Of a stretch of DNA of 33,498 bases, positions 16,290 to 25,536 are shown piece after piece. The stretch is from Candidatus Jorgensenbacteria bacterium CG03_land_8_20_14_0_80_38_39 (GTDB taxonomy: Bacteria > Patescibacteriota > Minisyncoccia > UBA6257 > GWB1-50-10), in NCBI GenBank assembly GCA_002781185.1, contig PEUU01000011.1, positions 1 through 33,498 of the forward strand, read 5' to 3'. The stretch's first letter is position 1, and every line of letters starts with the position of its first letter. A program made the translations under genes and the position numbers. The notes under the pieces were generated by a model. The model ran no database searches. It had not been told where the DNA came from and saw only the letters and a list, made by a program, of their open reading frames with translations.

Positions 16290-18095
16290 ATGGCGCCCGG
16301 TCAACTTCGTAAAAATTTTTTTGATTTTTTTGAAAAACGAGAACACCAAATTGTGCCGTTTTCTTCTTTAATTCCCGACGACCCTTCGGTTCTTTTTACC
16401 ACGGCCGGCATGCAGCAATTTAAGCTTTATTATTTGGGTTTGGCCGATGCTTTTAAAACCGTTCATCCGGCATTAGGAAGAGCCATCGGTTCGCAAAGAG
16501 CAACTTCCATTCAGAAATGTTTAAGAACTTCTGATATTGACGAAGTAGGCGATGAAACTCATCTGACTTTTTTTGAGATGTTGGGTCATTTTTCTTTCGG
16601 GCCAAGAGGAAAAGATGAGCCGGATGATTTTGGCGTCGGCGGTTATTTTAAAAAGGCTTCAATTTATTGGGGTTATGAATTCATCAAAGAGGTTTTGGGT
16701 TTAAAAATTGATTATGTTTCAATTTTTGGCGGAGAAGATAATTTGTTGACTGATGAGGAATCGGAAAAATTTTGGCAGGAAATTAAAAAGAAAAAAGGCG
16801 AAAATTTTGAGATTAAAAAATTCGGCAAGAAAGATAATTTTTGGGGACCGGCTGGCGAAAGCGGTCCTTGCGGTCCCAACACGGAAATTTATGTGAAAGG
16901 CGTGGAAATTTGGAATGCGGTTTTTAATCAATACGAGCAAAAAAAGGACGGTTCTTTAGTTTTGTTGAAAAACCCGGGAGTGGATATGGGCGCGGGTTTT
17001 GAAAGAATTTTAGCGGTTTTAAAAGGAACGACCGATGTTTATCAAACCGATGTTTTTAAGCCGATTCTTGATATTTTGCCTGATTTTAATCTTCGGGACC
17101 GCCGGATTATTGCCGACCATTTAAAAGCCTCGGTTTTTTTAATCGCCGAAGGCATTTTACCTTCAAATCTTGAAAGGGGTTATGTTTTAAGAAGGCTGTT
17201 AAGGAGGGCAATACTGAAAATTAAGCGATTTGATTTAGATGACGAGATTTACCATCAATTAATCAGCCGCATCATTGAAATTTATAAAGATGTTTATCCG
17301 GAAATTAATCATCAAGAAGTGATTTTAAATGTTATTAATGAGGAGAAAATCAAATTTTTTTCCACTCTTAATAAAGGGCTGAAACAAATAGAAAAGTTGA
17401 AAACCATTAACGGCAAATTGGCTTTTGATATTTTTCAAAGTTTTGGTTTTCCTTTGGAATTAATTATTGAAGAAACCAAAAATTATTTTTCATTAACCGA
17501 TGAGCAAAAGAAAAAAATCACCGAAGAATTTGAAGAAGAATTAAAAAAGCACAAAGAAATTTCCCGAGCCGGGGCGGAAAAGAAATTTGGCGGCCACGGG
17601 CTTATTTTAAATACCGGCGAAATTAAAGCCGCCAGCCAAGAAGAAATCCAAAAGGTCATCCGTCTTCATACAGCCACCCATTTGCTTCAGCAAGCCCTCC
17701 GGGATGTTTTGGGCAACGAAGTAGAACAGCGCGGTTCGGATATTACTGTTGAAAGAACGCGTTTTGATTTTTCCTTTTCTCGAAAAATGACAGTTGAAGA
17801 AATTAAAAAGGCGGAAGATATTGTCAATCAAAAAATTAAAGAGGATTTGCCAATAAATTTCCAAGAAATGTCCGAGTCCGAAGCGGAAAAAACCGGCGCT
17901 TTGTATTTCTTTAAAGCAAAATATCCGGGAATCGTAAAGGTTTATTATATTGGAAGTTCGTTGGCGAGCGCTTACAGCAAGGAGTTTTGCGCCGGGCCGC
18001 ATGTCAAACACACAGGCGAAATAGGGAAATTTAAAATTTTAAAAGAAGAAGCCGTGGCTCTTGGCATTCGCCGGATTCGGGCAAAGGTAGAATAA
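16290..18095 (+). CDS. alaS: Alanine--tRNA ligase, compact form
   Basis: LFTTAGMQQFK, HLTFFEMLG, DMGAGFER, editing HTATHLL and FCAGPHV. Confidence 0.96.
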   Translation: MAPGQLRKNFFDFFEKREHQIVPFSSLIPDDPSVLFTTAGMQQFKLYYLGLADAFKTVHPALGRAIGSQRATSIQKCLRTSDIDEVGDETHLTFFEMLGHFSFGPRGKDEPDDFGVGGYFKKASIYWGYEFIKEVLGLKIDYVSIFGGEDNLLTDEESEKFWQEIKKKKGENFEIKKFGKKDNFWGPAGESGPCGPNTEIYVKGVEIWNAVFNQYEQKKDGSLVLLKNPGVDMGAGFERILAVLKGTTDVYQTDVFKPILDILPDFNLRDRRIIADHLKASVFLIAEGILPSNLERGYVLRRLLRRAILKIKRFDLDDEIYHQLISRIIEIYKDVYPEINHQEVILNVINEEKIKFFSTLNKGLKQIEKLKTINGKLAFDIFQSFGFPLELIIEETKNYFSLTDEQKKKITEEFEEELKKHKEISRAGAEKKFGGHGLILNTGEIKAASQEEIQKVIRLHTATHLLQQALRDVLGNEVEQRGSDITVERTRFDFSFSRKMTVEEIKKAEDIVNQKIKEDLPINFQEMSESEAEKTGALYFFKAKYPGIVKVYYIGSSLASAYSKEFCAGPHVKHTGEIGKFKILKEEAVALGIRRIRAKVE

Positions 18096-18099
18096 TAAA

Positions 18100-18236
18100 C
18101 CCCGTAATACAACGGCGATTGCAATTTCTGGCTGACTCGTAGTTAGATTCATACTTCTTTAATTTTATTATGATTCTAAATGATTCTTCTTTGCGTGGAG
18201 AAATTGAGTCAGACCTATTGCAGTTGTTATACGGGG
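18100..18236. mobile_element. 137-bp MITE-like element flanked by TAAA
   Basis: Ends CCCCGTAATACAAC / GTTGTTATACGGGG, inner pairings TGCAAT/ATTGCA and CTGACTC/GAGTCAG; TAAA at 18096-99 and 18237-40. Confidence 0.65.
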
Positions 18237-18253
18237 TAAACCCCATTTCTAAT

Positions 18254-18650
18254 TTAGTCACGTTTCTAGCGATCGCAGTTTACGCGACCTTTTCCATTAG
18301 TCATATTTTCTACGATCGCAGAAAAGATAAAAGATGACTATTGAGGTTCAACCTCAATAGAAAATTGCTGCCTCAGATATCCCACATATGTGGAACATCT
18401 GAGGACTCGGAAATTAGAAAATTAGAAAGATGTTCTTGAATTGAAATAATGAAAATAATGAATTTGAATTAAAATTGAGTTGAAACAATGAACTAGCTTT
18501 TATCAGCGATAGCAAATAAAAGCTAGTTTCAATAGTTCCAATAAGAAGCCCAGTGTCAGAGGATATAAAGGATGAAGAAAAAAATTTCTTACGAGGCTTA
18601 TAAAGTCGTATTAGTCATGTTTTCAGCGATCGCAGAATACGTGACTTTTT
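18254..18650. repeat. Four ~40-bp hairpin repeats centred on (G)CGATCGC
   Basis: Copies at 18254-93, 18297-340, 18491-528 (GCGATAGC) and 18611-50; copies 1 and 4 match at 33/40. Confidence 0.8.
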
Positions 18651-18705
18651 AGGTAGACTTAGACACTAATTTCTTTTATATTTTCTCTGGGGTATAATAA
18701 AGACG

Positions 18706-19863
18706 GTGGCAGATAAAATAGCAACTTATTTTCAAAATTGGTTGGGAAGAAGGGGGAAAAATCGTTATCTTATAATTGAAAGCTTGGGTAAAAAAATTCA
18801 AGTTGCCCTGGCTGATATCAATTTTGGAGAAAAACAAATTAAGGTTTTAAGATATTATATTGTTGAAAAAATTCAGCAAGTAAGACGGACTCCGTTTCTT
18901 AATACCTTAATTTTGGCTTTAAATTCCGAGGAAGCCACTACTGTTGAAAGTGTTATTCATTTAAAGCGAGTCCAACCACAGGCGATAATTACTGAAAGCG
19001 AATTAGATGATTTGGCCTTTCGGGCATTGTGGGAATTTTTAAACCTCTATCGCAGTTGGGCAGCCAAGAAAATGTATGTTACCGATTTAAATTTGGTTTT
19101 AGTTGGCATTGAGGCAAAAGATATCTGGTTGGGGCCGCATAAAGTTTTTAATCCTTTGGGGTTTAAAGGGGAAAATTTTTCTCTTAAGCTTAAAGGAACA
19201 TTCATTCCTCAATTTTTAGCGCCAACAATTAAAAATTTTAAAAGTTGGACTAAAAATTTGGTTATTGTTGAATCTTCAAGTATTTTAACTTCCGCTTTGG
19301 ACCAGCGTTTCCATTTGGTTGTCCATTCAACCGATGAACAAACAATAGTTTTTTCTTTAAGCAAAAATGAATTGGTTTATTTCAAACAATTTTCTTGGGG
19401 CAAAAATAACTTAATAGCCATCTTAAGGAAACTCTTATTAATTGATGAAGAAACTGCTAAAATTATCTTTGACCGCTACCAGAATAATCAAGTTTCAGAC
19501 ACTTTTAAAAAACTTATTAATAAGTTAATGCTTCAAGAATTGAATATTTTTAAAGGGAAGTTTAATTTGCTTCTCAAAAATTACAAGGAATTAAACAAAG
19601 CCGCTCCGGCTTTTGATTTTCGGTTTGCCTTCCCCGATTTTTTTCCTTGGCCTAAATATTTTCAAGGGAAATTGTTTGATTTTAATGATTGGTTAAAAAA
19701 ACAAGGTTTTAAAGTTTATTTTCCCGGGCAAGAAGGAAGTTCTCTTTCAGGCATTCAAAGCAGTCTTTTGGCTTTAGCAGTTCATTCTTATCTTAGCCCC
19801 TCTTACAAAATCCTTAACCAATTTTTGCGGCGTCGCGCTAAATGGTTGATTTCCACTTTATGA
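18706..19863 (+). CDS. Hypothetical protein, possibly a degenerate FtsA/actin-like fold
   Basis: Long ORF after TATAAT (18693-98); VFNPLGFKG and FSWGKNNLIAILRKLLLIDEETAKII resemble FtsA-like proteins; no intact ATP motifs. Confidence 0.6.
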   Translation: MADKIATYFQNWLGRRGKNRYLIIESLGKKIQVALADINFGEKQIKVLRYYIVEKIQQVRRTPFLNTLILALNSEEATTVESVIHLKRVQPQAIITESELDDLAFRALWEFLNLYRSWAAKKMYVTDLNLVLVGIEAKDIWLGPHKVFNPLGFKGENFSLKLKGTFIPQFLAPTIKNFKSWTKNLVIVESSSILTSALDQRFHLVVHSTDEQTIVFSLSKNELVYFKQFSWGKNNLIAILRKLLLIDEETAKIIFDRYQNNQVSDTFKKLINKLMLQELNIFKGKFNLLLKNYKELNKAAPAFDFRFAFPDFFPWPKYFQGKLFDFNDWLKKQGFKVYFPGQEGSSLSGIQSSLLALAVHSYLSPSYKILNQFLRRRAKWLISTL

Positions 19864-21473
19864 TTTTTTCAAGCCAAGAAAAAAAGATTTCTCTTAATAA
19901 GAATGACAGATTGGCCAATGTCATTGAATGTTTAGTCGGCGTCAAGGCCAAGAAGGTTATTTTAGAAGTTCCCCAAAATTCAAAACTCGGCTTAAATATT
20001 GAAAATTTTGAAATTTTAAAAAAAGAAGCTAACACTAAGAAATTAGAATTAGTCATTGAGTCGGCAGACGACCGTATTCTTGAACTGGCAACTTCAGCCG
20101 GCCTTAAGGCTTATCACCCTATTTTTGGAACTCAAGAAAAAGTTGTCGTTGATATTCTTCCCCGACAACCCTTTCCCTTAAAAAGGGCCGAGGGAAAAGA
20201 AATAAAATTAAAAGAAGAAAAGAAAGAAGAAAAAAAGATAAAGAAAGAAGTGGGGGAAAAAGAAAAACCAGTCGCCCTAGAACGTTTAGAAGCAAAAAAA
20301 GAAAGACCAAAACAGCGTCTCCGCTTTAAATGGCGCTGGCTTTTAATTATTGTCAGCATTGCTGGTTTGATTTTTTGGGGATATGAATTGGTGGTTAATA
20401 TTTTACCGAAAGTAAATATTACTCTTCAATTTCAAAAGACGCCAGTGGATTTTGAAAAAAATATTACTGTGGCTAGCCAATTTTTTAAAATCAATGTGGC
20501 CGGCGCCGACATTGAGGTTCCGGGAGAACTCCTTATTTTTAAACAAAATACTCAATTAACCCAGCCGGCTAGCGGTAAAGAAGAAGTGGTTGTTAAAGCC
20601 AGCGGTCGCTTGGTAATTTTTAACGCTTACAGTTCTCAGCCGCAGGTTTTGGTCGCCGGCACCAGATTTCAATCGCCGGAGGGCAAAATTTTTAAATTGA
20701 CTGACCGGATGACAATTCCCGGGGCAGAAATTATAAATGGTGAAATTAAGCCTTCGCAAATTGAAGTTTCGGTCATCGCTGACCAGGCCGGCGCTGATTA
20801 TAATTTATCACCAACTTCTTGGCGTATCATTGGTTTTAAAGGAACACCCAAGTATGAAAAAATTTATGCTCAGTCAACAAAATCAATGAGTGGCGGCTTT
20901 ACTGGCGAAAAACCAGTCCCAACTTCGGCGGATATTGATAAAATCAAAACTAATCTTGAAGAAACGTTAAAGACCAGCCTCCAAAATCAAATGATTATGA
21001 CTTCCGCTGACAAATTTAAAATTCTTGAAGGAGCGAGTGATTTTAAGATGCCTAAAGAAGAAGTCAGCTCTCAAGCGGATGAGCAGGGCAATTTCAGTAT
21101 TTTCGGTGAAGCCCAGCAACGTTATTTGGTTTTTGAAGAGTCAACTTTGAAAGAAGCTTTGGTTCAAAAAATAAAAAGCGAAAATATAAACGGTATTGAT
21201 GTCAAAATATTAGAATTTAATTTTGACTACCGGGAGATAAAAGCCGATTTTGAGCAAAAGAAAATGGATTTTAAAGTGAAGGGTCGAATTGTTTTTGCCC
21301 CGGTTTTTGAACCGCAAATTTTTAAGAACCAAATCGCTAATTTAGACGAAAAATCTTTAAGAAGCCTTTTATCTTCCTTGTCTCAATTGGAAAATGCTAA
21401 AATTTCCTTTTGGCCTTTTTGGGTTAATCACGTTCCCCAAAATTCCGGAAATATTGAGATTAATGTTGAATAA
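19860..21473 (+). CDS. Membrane-anchored protein with baseplate J-like extracytoplasmic domain
   Basis: ATGA overlap with the upstream gene; one TM helix; ASGRLVIFN...LVAGTRF...VIADQAGADYNL. Confidence 0.72.
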   Translation: MIFSSQEKKISLNKNDRLANVIECLVGVKAKKVILEVPQNSKLGLNIENFEILKKEANTKKLELVIESADDRILELATSAGLKAYHPIFGTQEKVVVDILPRQPFPLKRAEGKEIKLKEEKKEEKKIKKEVGEKEKPVALERLEAKKERPKQRLRFKWRWLLIIVSIAGLIFWGYELVVNILPKVNITLQFQKTPVDFEKNITVASQFFKINVAGADIEVPGELLIFKQNTQLTQPASGKEEVVVKASGRLVIFNAYSSQPQVLVAGTRFQSPEGKIFKLTDRMTIPGAEIINGEIKPSQIEVSVIADQAGADYNLSPTSWRIIGFKGTPKYEKIYAQSTKSMSGGFTGEKPVPTSADIDKIKTNLEETLKTSLQNQMIMTSADKFKILEGASDFKMPKEEVSSQADEQGNFSIFGEAQQRYLVFEESTLKEALVQKIKSENINGIDVKILEFNFDYREIKADFEQKKMDFKVKGRIVFAPVFEPQIFKNQIANLDEKSLRSLLSSLSQLENAKISFWPFWVNHVPQNSGNIEINVE

Positions 21474-21546
21474 ACAAAAGCAATTTTATTTCCTTAGAAG
21501 CTCTTCTTAAGAAGATAGCTGTTTTAATTATTTAATTAATAAATTT

Positions 21547-22664
21547 ATGCCAGAGAAATTTGAGTTTCAGAATTTCAAAGAATCTTTAGAAAAAAAGGGA
21601 ACTTTGGAAATAGAAAAAAAGAGAGATATGATAACTGATAAACAAAGAACAGAAAGTAAAAAAAGAGAGAAGTGATAACTGATAAACAAAGAACAGAAAG
21701 TAAAAAAAGAGAGAAGATACTGAAAGGATACCAGAGAATTGTGGCCGAAGAATTGAAAAAAAATCCCATTGAATTATTACCACTCTTTCCGAGCATAACT
21801 ATTCAGGAGTTAAAAGAACAGTTTCCGGATAAAAGAAGGATAATTGCCTGCGATTTTTATATTGAAAATATTGAATTAGGGAAAGAAAATGTTGGGGGAT
21901 ATAGCGTTGAAAATGTAATCCAGATTGATCATCATGCTCCTACACTCAGAATGCTGAAACCAATTTCCAGCACGAATTTAGCAATGGCATATGTTAAGGA
22001 GGAGGGAATAGCATCACCAGCAGATTGTGTGGTCATTAATCATACTGATTGTGATAGTGTTCTTTCTAGCGCAATTATACGCGGCATATTACCTCCGGAA
22101 AAAAGATTTGGAGATGCCGCCATTGCCGCTGATCATACCGGTGAAAAAAATGAAATAGCAGATTTATTGACGGCCCTTGAAGAAGAAAGAAATCTTGAAT
22201 ATTCTTTAATTCATTTAAAATTATTATTGGACCATAAAGATTTATTGGACCATAAAGATTTAGATGAAAAAGCAAAAATTCTTTTAGAAAGGTGGCTTAA
22301 TGAACGAAAACGCGCTGAAGAATTGACGCGGTCAGTTGAAGGCGGTTTTAAACAGACGGGAAATGTTTGGTATGCGAAAGTAGATAAAAAAATAGAAAGT
22401 GTTTTTTTCCCTGCGTTTTTGCCAGAGACAATGGTAATAATTATTGCTAGTCCTTTAAAAAACTCTGATAAACTTGATATTAAAGTTCGTTTAGGAATAA
22501 AGGCTCCTGAGGGGTTGATGCTAAATAAATTAGATCTTCCTGATTTTGGCGGGCGTTGGAATGCGGGAAGTACAAAAAGACACGCCGGCACAAGTATACC
22601 GCTGGAAGAATACGCTCGTATTGTAAACGATAAAATAAAACAATATTTAGCCAAGAAGAATTAA
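21547..22664 (+). CDS. DHH-like phosphoesterase, split near its 5' end by a 44-bp duplication (main ORF 21672-22664)
   Basis: IDHH, NHTDCDS and ADHTG motifs; ATG 21547 frame stops at 21675; GTG 21672 continues. Confidence 0.65.
21629..21716 (+). repeat. Exact 44-bp tandem duplication
   Basis: TGATAACTGATAAACAAAGAACAGAAAGTAAAAAAAGAGAGAAG x2. Confidence 0.95.
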
Positions 22665-22782
22665 ATGAAAAAAAAGAGATTCGCCTCAAAAATCCGTCCT
22701 TCTGTAACAAGGCGGGACAAAACCTTAAAAGGTGCGGTGTTGACTTTTTTAAAATGATGGTTAAAATAAGTTTATTAACTAA

Positions 22783-23001
22783 ATGGCATTGAATCTTCGG
22801 CCGATTATTGTGGAAGGAATGATTGAGGAAACCTTGCCGGGATTGTTGTTTCGGGTAAGACTGGAAAATCAAAAACAGGTTTTGGCTCATTTGGCCGGCA
22901 AGATGAAATTAAACCGAATTAGGGTTATTGCCGGCGACCGAGTTTTGGTGGAAATGTCTTCCTTGGAAGAAAAGAGAGGCCGGATAGTGAGGAGATTATA
23001 A
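22783..23001 (+). CDS. infA: Translation initiation factor IF-1
   Basis: ETLPGLLFRVRLEN...AHLAGKMK...GDRVLVEMS...GRIVRR. Confidence 0.95.
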   Translation: MALNLRPIIVEGMIEETLPGLLFRVRLENQKQVLAHLAGKMKLNRIRVIAGDRVLVEMSSLEEKRGRIVRRL

Positions 23002-23106
23002 AATCTCTAATCAATCGCGAATATTATCTCTAGTAATCTCCAATTAAAAAATAAAAATTTGAGATAATTCGGGATAGAATTAGAGAATGATTAGCGATTA
23101 TTATTT

Positions 23107-23220
23107 ATGAAGGTTCGCTCTTCGGTTAAAAAAATTTGTAAAAGTTGTAAAACCGTCCGTCGCCAAGGACGGCTTTATGTGGTTTGTAAAAATCCGAAGC
23201 ACAAACAAAGACAAGGGTAA
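23107..23220 (+). CDS. rpmJ: 50S ribosomal protein L36 (not in ORF track)
   Basis: Translates to [37 protein letters not shown]. Confidence 0.97.
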   Translation: MKVRSSVKKICKSCKTVRRQGRLYVVCKNPKHKQRQG

Positions 23221-23231
23221 ATTGAGAATAC

Positions 23232-23299
23232 AGGATTTAGAATATAGAATTTAGGGATTAATTTTCCTAAATCCTAAATCCTAAATCCTAAATCCTAAA
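23232..23299. repeat. Heptamer tandem repeat (TCCTAAA)x5 with a degenerate inverted arm
   Basis: 23265-23299 abuts the rpsM ATG; AGGATTTAGAATATAGAATTTAGGG lies upstream. Confidence 0.85.
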
Positions 23300-23683
23300 A
23301 TGAGACTTATAGGCATAAATATCCCCGATAATAAGCGTATTGAAATTGCGCTGGGTTATATTTACGGAATTGGCCAAAGCTCGGCCGGCAAAATTTTAAA
23401 AGAAGCCAGCATTGATGTTAATAAGCGAACTCGGGATTTAAACGCCGAGGAGGTTAATAAAATTCAGTCTATCTTAGAACGTACTTATAAAGTTGAAGGG
23501 GAACTAAGGCAGAAAATCAGACAAAATATCAATAGGTTGAAAGAAATAAAATGTTACCGCGGTCTTCGGCATCTTAGGCGCTTGCCGGTTAGAGGTCAAA
23601 GAACCAGGACTAATTCTCGGACGGTACGCGGTAATGTCCGAAAAACCATTGGCAGCGGTCGAAGAAAGGTCGGGCTGAAATAA
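23300..23683 (+). CDS. rpsM: 30S ribosomal protein S13
   Basis: IYGIG, YRGLRH, LPVRGQRTRTNSRT. Confidence 0.97.
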   Translation: MRLIGINIPDNKRIEIALGYIYGIGQSSAGKILKEASIDVNKRTRDLNAEEVNKIQSILERTYKVEGELRQKIRQNINRLKEIKCYRGLRHLRRLPVRGQRTRTNSRTVRGNVRKTIGSGRRKVGLK

Positions 23684-23686
23684 AAT

Positions 23687-24139
23687 ATGGGCAAGAAAAA
23701 AGTTGTTCAAAAAACCAAAGAGGAGCTTTTGAAAGAAACTGAATCCATTGAAAGTACCCTAGTTAAAAAAGCCGTTCAATCAACCAAGCAAAAAATTGAG
23801 CAAGGCCGGATTTACATTAATGTCTCTTATAATAATACGGTTATTACCGTGACTGACCTCAAAGGGAATGTTATTGTTTGGATGTCTGCTGGCTCTTTGG
23901 GTTTTTCCGGACCCAAGAAAGCAACGCCTTTTGCGGCGTCTAAAGTGGCGGAAACAGTATTTGAAAAAATCCAAAAATCCGGTCCGACCAGCGTTGAGGT
24001 GTTGGTAAAAGGCGTCGGCGGCGGCCGGGACGCGGCTATTAGAGCCTTGGTGGCTAAAGGGTTAAATATTCTTTCTTTAAAAGATATCACTCCCATTCCT
24101 CATAACGGTCCCCGGCCTAAAAAAGTGAGAAGAGTTTAA
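23687..24139 (+). CDS. rpsK: 30S ribosomal protein S11
   Basis: SYNNT, KKATPFAA, DITPIPHNGPRP. Confidence 0.97.
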   Translation: MGKKKVVQKTKEELLKETESIESTLVKKAVQSTKQKIEQGRIYINVSYNNTVITVTDLKGNVIVWMSAGSLGFSGPKKATPFAASKVAETVFEKIQKSGPTSVEVLVKGVGGGRDAAIRALVAKGLNILSLKDITPIPHNGPRPKKVRRV

Positions 24140-24143
24140 AAAA

Positions 24144-24752
24144 ATGGTAAAAATTAAAGCCATTGAAAAAAAGGAAAGAGCTTTGGGCGCTAAATTATTT
24201 TTAAAAGCCGAACGTTGCAATTCGCCTAAATGCGTTATGGTCCGTCGGGCTTATAAACCGGGAATTCACGGTAGAAAATCTCACTCTTCTTTAAGCGATT
24301 ACGGCCGTCAATTACAGGAAAAACAAAAACTGCAAATAATTTACGGTTTAAACAATCGTCAAATGAATAATCTTTTTAAGAAAGAATCTCATGATAAAAT
24401 CAGGGTTATTTTAGAACAGCGTTTGGATAGGGTAATTTCTCTTTTGGGGTTGGCGGCTTCAACAAGAATTGCCCGCCAACTTGTTTCTCATGGTCATATT
24501 TTGGTTGATGGTCACAAAGTAACAATCTCCTCCTATCAAGTTAAAAAAGGTGATATAATAATAGTTAAGCCTTCATCCAAGGCTTTAAAAATATTTGAGG
24601 ATGTTCCTTTGAGATTAAAGAATTACTTGCCGCCTCCGTGGTTAAAATTAGAAGTGGAAGAACTGAAAGGCGAGTGTTTAAGGGAACCGACTACCAAAGA
24701 AATAAAAATGCCCATTGATATAAATTTAGTCGCTGAATTTTATTCAAGATAA
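24144..24752 (+). CDS. rpsD: 30S ribosomal protein S4
   Basis: SDYGRQLQEKQK, LEQRLD, ARQLVSHGHI, VAEFYSR. Confidence 0.96.
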   Translation: MVKIKAIEKKERALGAKLFLKAERCNSPKCVMVRRAYKPGIHGRKSHSSLSDYGRQLQEKQKLQIIYGLNNRQMNNLFKKESHDKIRVILEQRLDRVISLLGLAASTRIARQLVSHGHILVDGHKVTISSYQVKKGDIIIVKPSSKALKIFEDVPLRLKNYLPPPWLKLEVEELKGECLREPTTKEIKMPIDINLVAEFYSR

Positions 24753-24754
24753 TT

Positions 24755-25534
24755 ATGAAATACTCTCATTTAAGCGAAACGGTTAAAATTAAAAAAATTT
24801 CTGAAAAAGACAATGTTGGTCTTTTTTATGTGGAAGGTCTTTACACCGGCTACGGCGTTACTTTAGGTAATGCCTTGCGCCGGACTCTTCTTTCTTCTTT
24901 GCCCGGAGCCGCCATCACTCAAGTTAAAATTAAGGGTATCAGCCATGAGTTTTCTACTTTGCCCGGAATAGTTGAAGACATCATTGAACTTACTTTAAAT
25001 TTAAAAAAAGTCCGTTTTCATTTTTTTGCCGAAGAGCCCCAAATTTTAAAATTGCACGTTAAAGGAGAAAAAGAAATGACTGCCGCTGATATTGAATCTA
25101 CAACTTTTGTCCAAGTGGTCAATCCTTCCCTTCATTTAGCCACTTTAACCAAAAAGCAATCAGAATTGGAAATGGAATTAATAGTAGAAAAGGGACTGGG
25201 TTATCTGACGGTTGAGGCTAAACACTTGGAACGGCTTTCCATCGGCACCATTGTTTTGGATGCCATTTTTTCGCCGATAGTCCGGGTAGAATTTAAAGTT
25301 GAAAACATGCGGGTTGGAGAAAGAACAGATTATAACCGTCTGATTATAGAAGTTGAGACCGATGGCTCAATAACGCCTTCCGAGGCTTTGCACAAAACCG
25401 CCAATATTTTAAAAGACCACTTTGATAAATTTTCGGCTCTGGAAATTATCAAAACCGTCGTTGCTCCGTTGAAAATTTCCAAAGAAGTTAAAAAGAAAGG
25501 AGGTCAAGGGAGTCGAAAGAAAAAGGCAAAGTAA
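24755..25534 (+). CDS. rpoA: RNA polymerase alpha subunit, short (no recognisable alphaCTD)
   Basis: GYGVTLGNALRRTLLSSLPG, HEFSTLPG, VENMRVGERTDYNRL. Confidence 0.95.
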   Translation: MKYSHLSETVKIKKISEKDNVGLFYVEGLYTGYGVTLGNALRRTLLSSLPGAAITQVKIKGISHEFSTLPGIVEDIIELTLNLKKVRFHFFAEEPQILKLHVKGEKEMTAADIESTTFVQVVNPSLHLATLTKKQSELEMELIVEKGLGYLTVEAKHLERLSIGTIVLDAIFSPIVRVEFKVENMRVGERTDYNRLIIEVETDGSITPSEALHKTANILKDHFDKFSALEIIKTVVAPLKISKEVKKKGGQGSRKKKAK

Positions 25535-25536
25535 AT

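Noticed and set aside
18245-18660. CRISPR array
   Set aside because: Repeats are degenerate, gaps are very unequal (about 3, 150 and 80 bp), and no cas genes are in the window.
19860-21473. Phage tail or contractile injection system
   Set aside because: A single membrane-anchored baseplate-J-like gene among housekeeping genes; no sheath, tube or spike genes.
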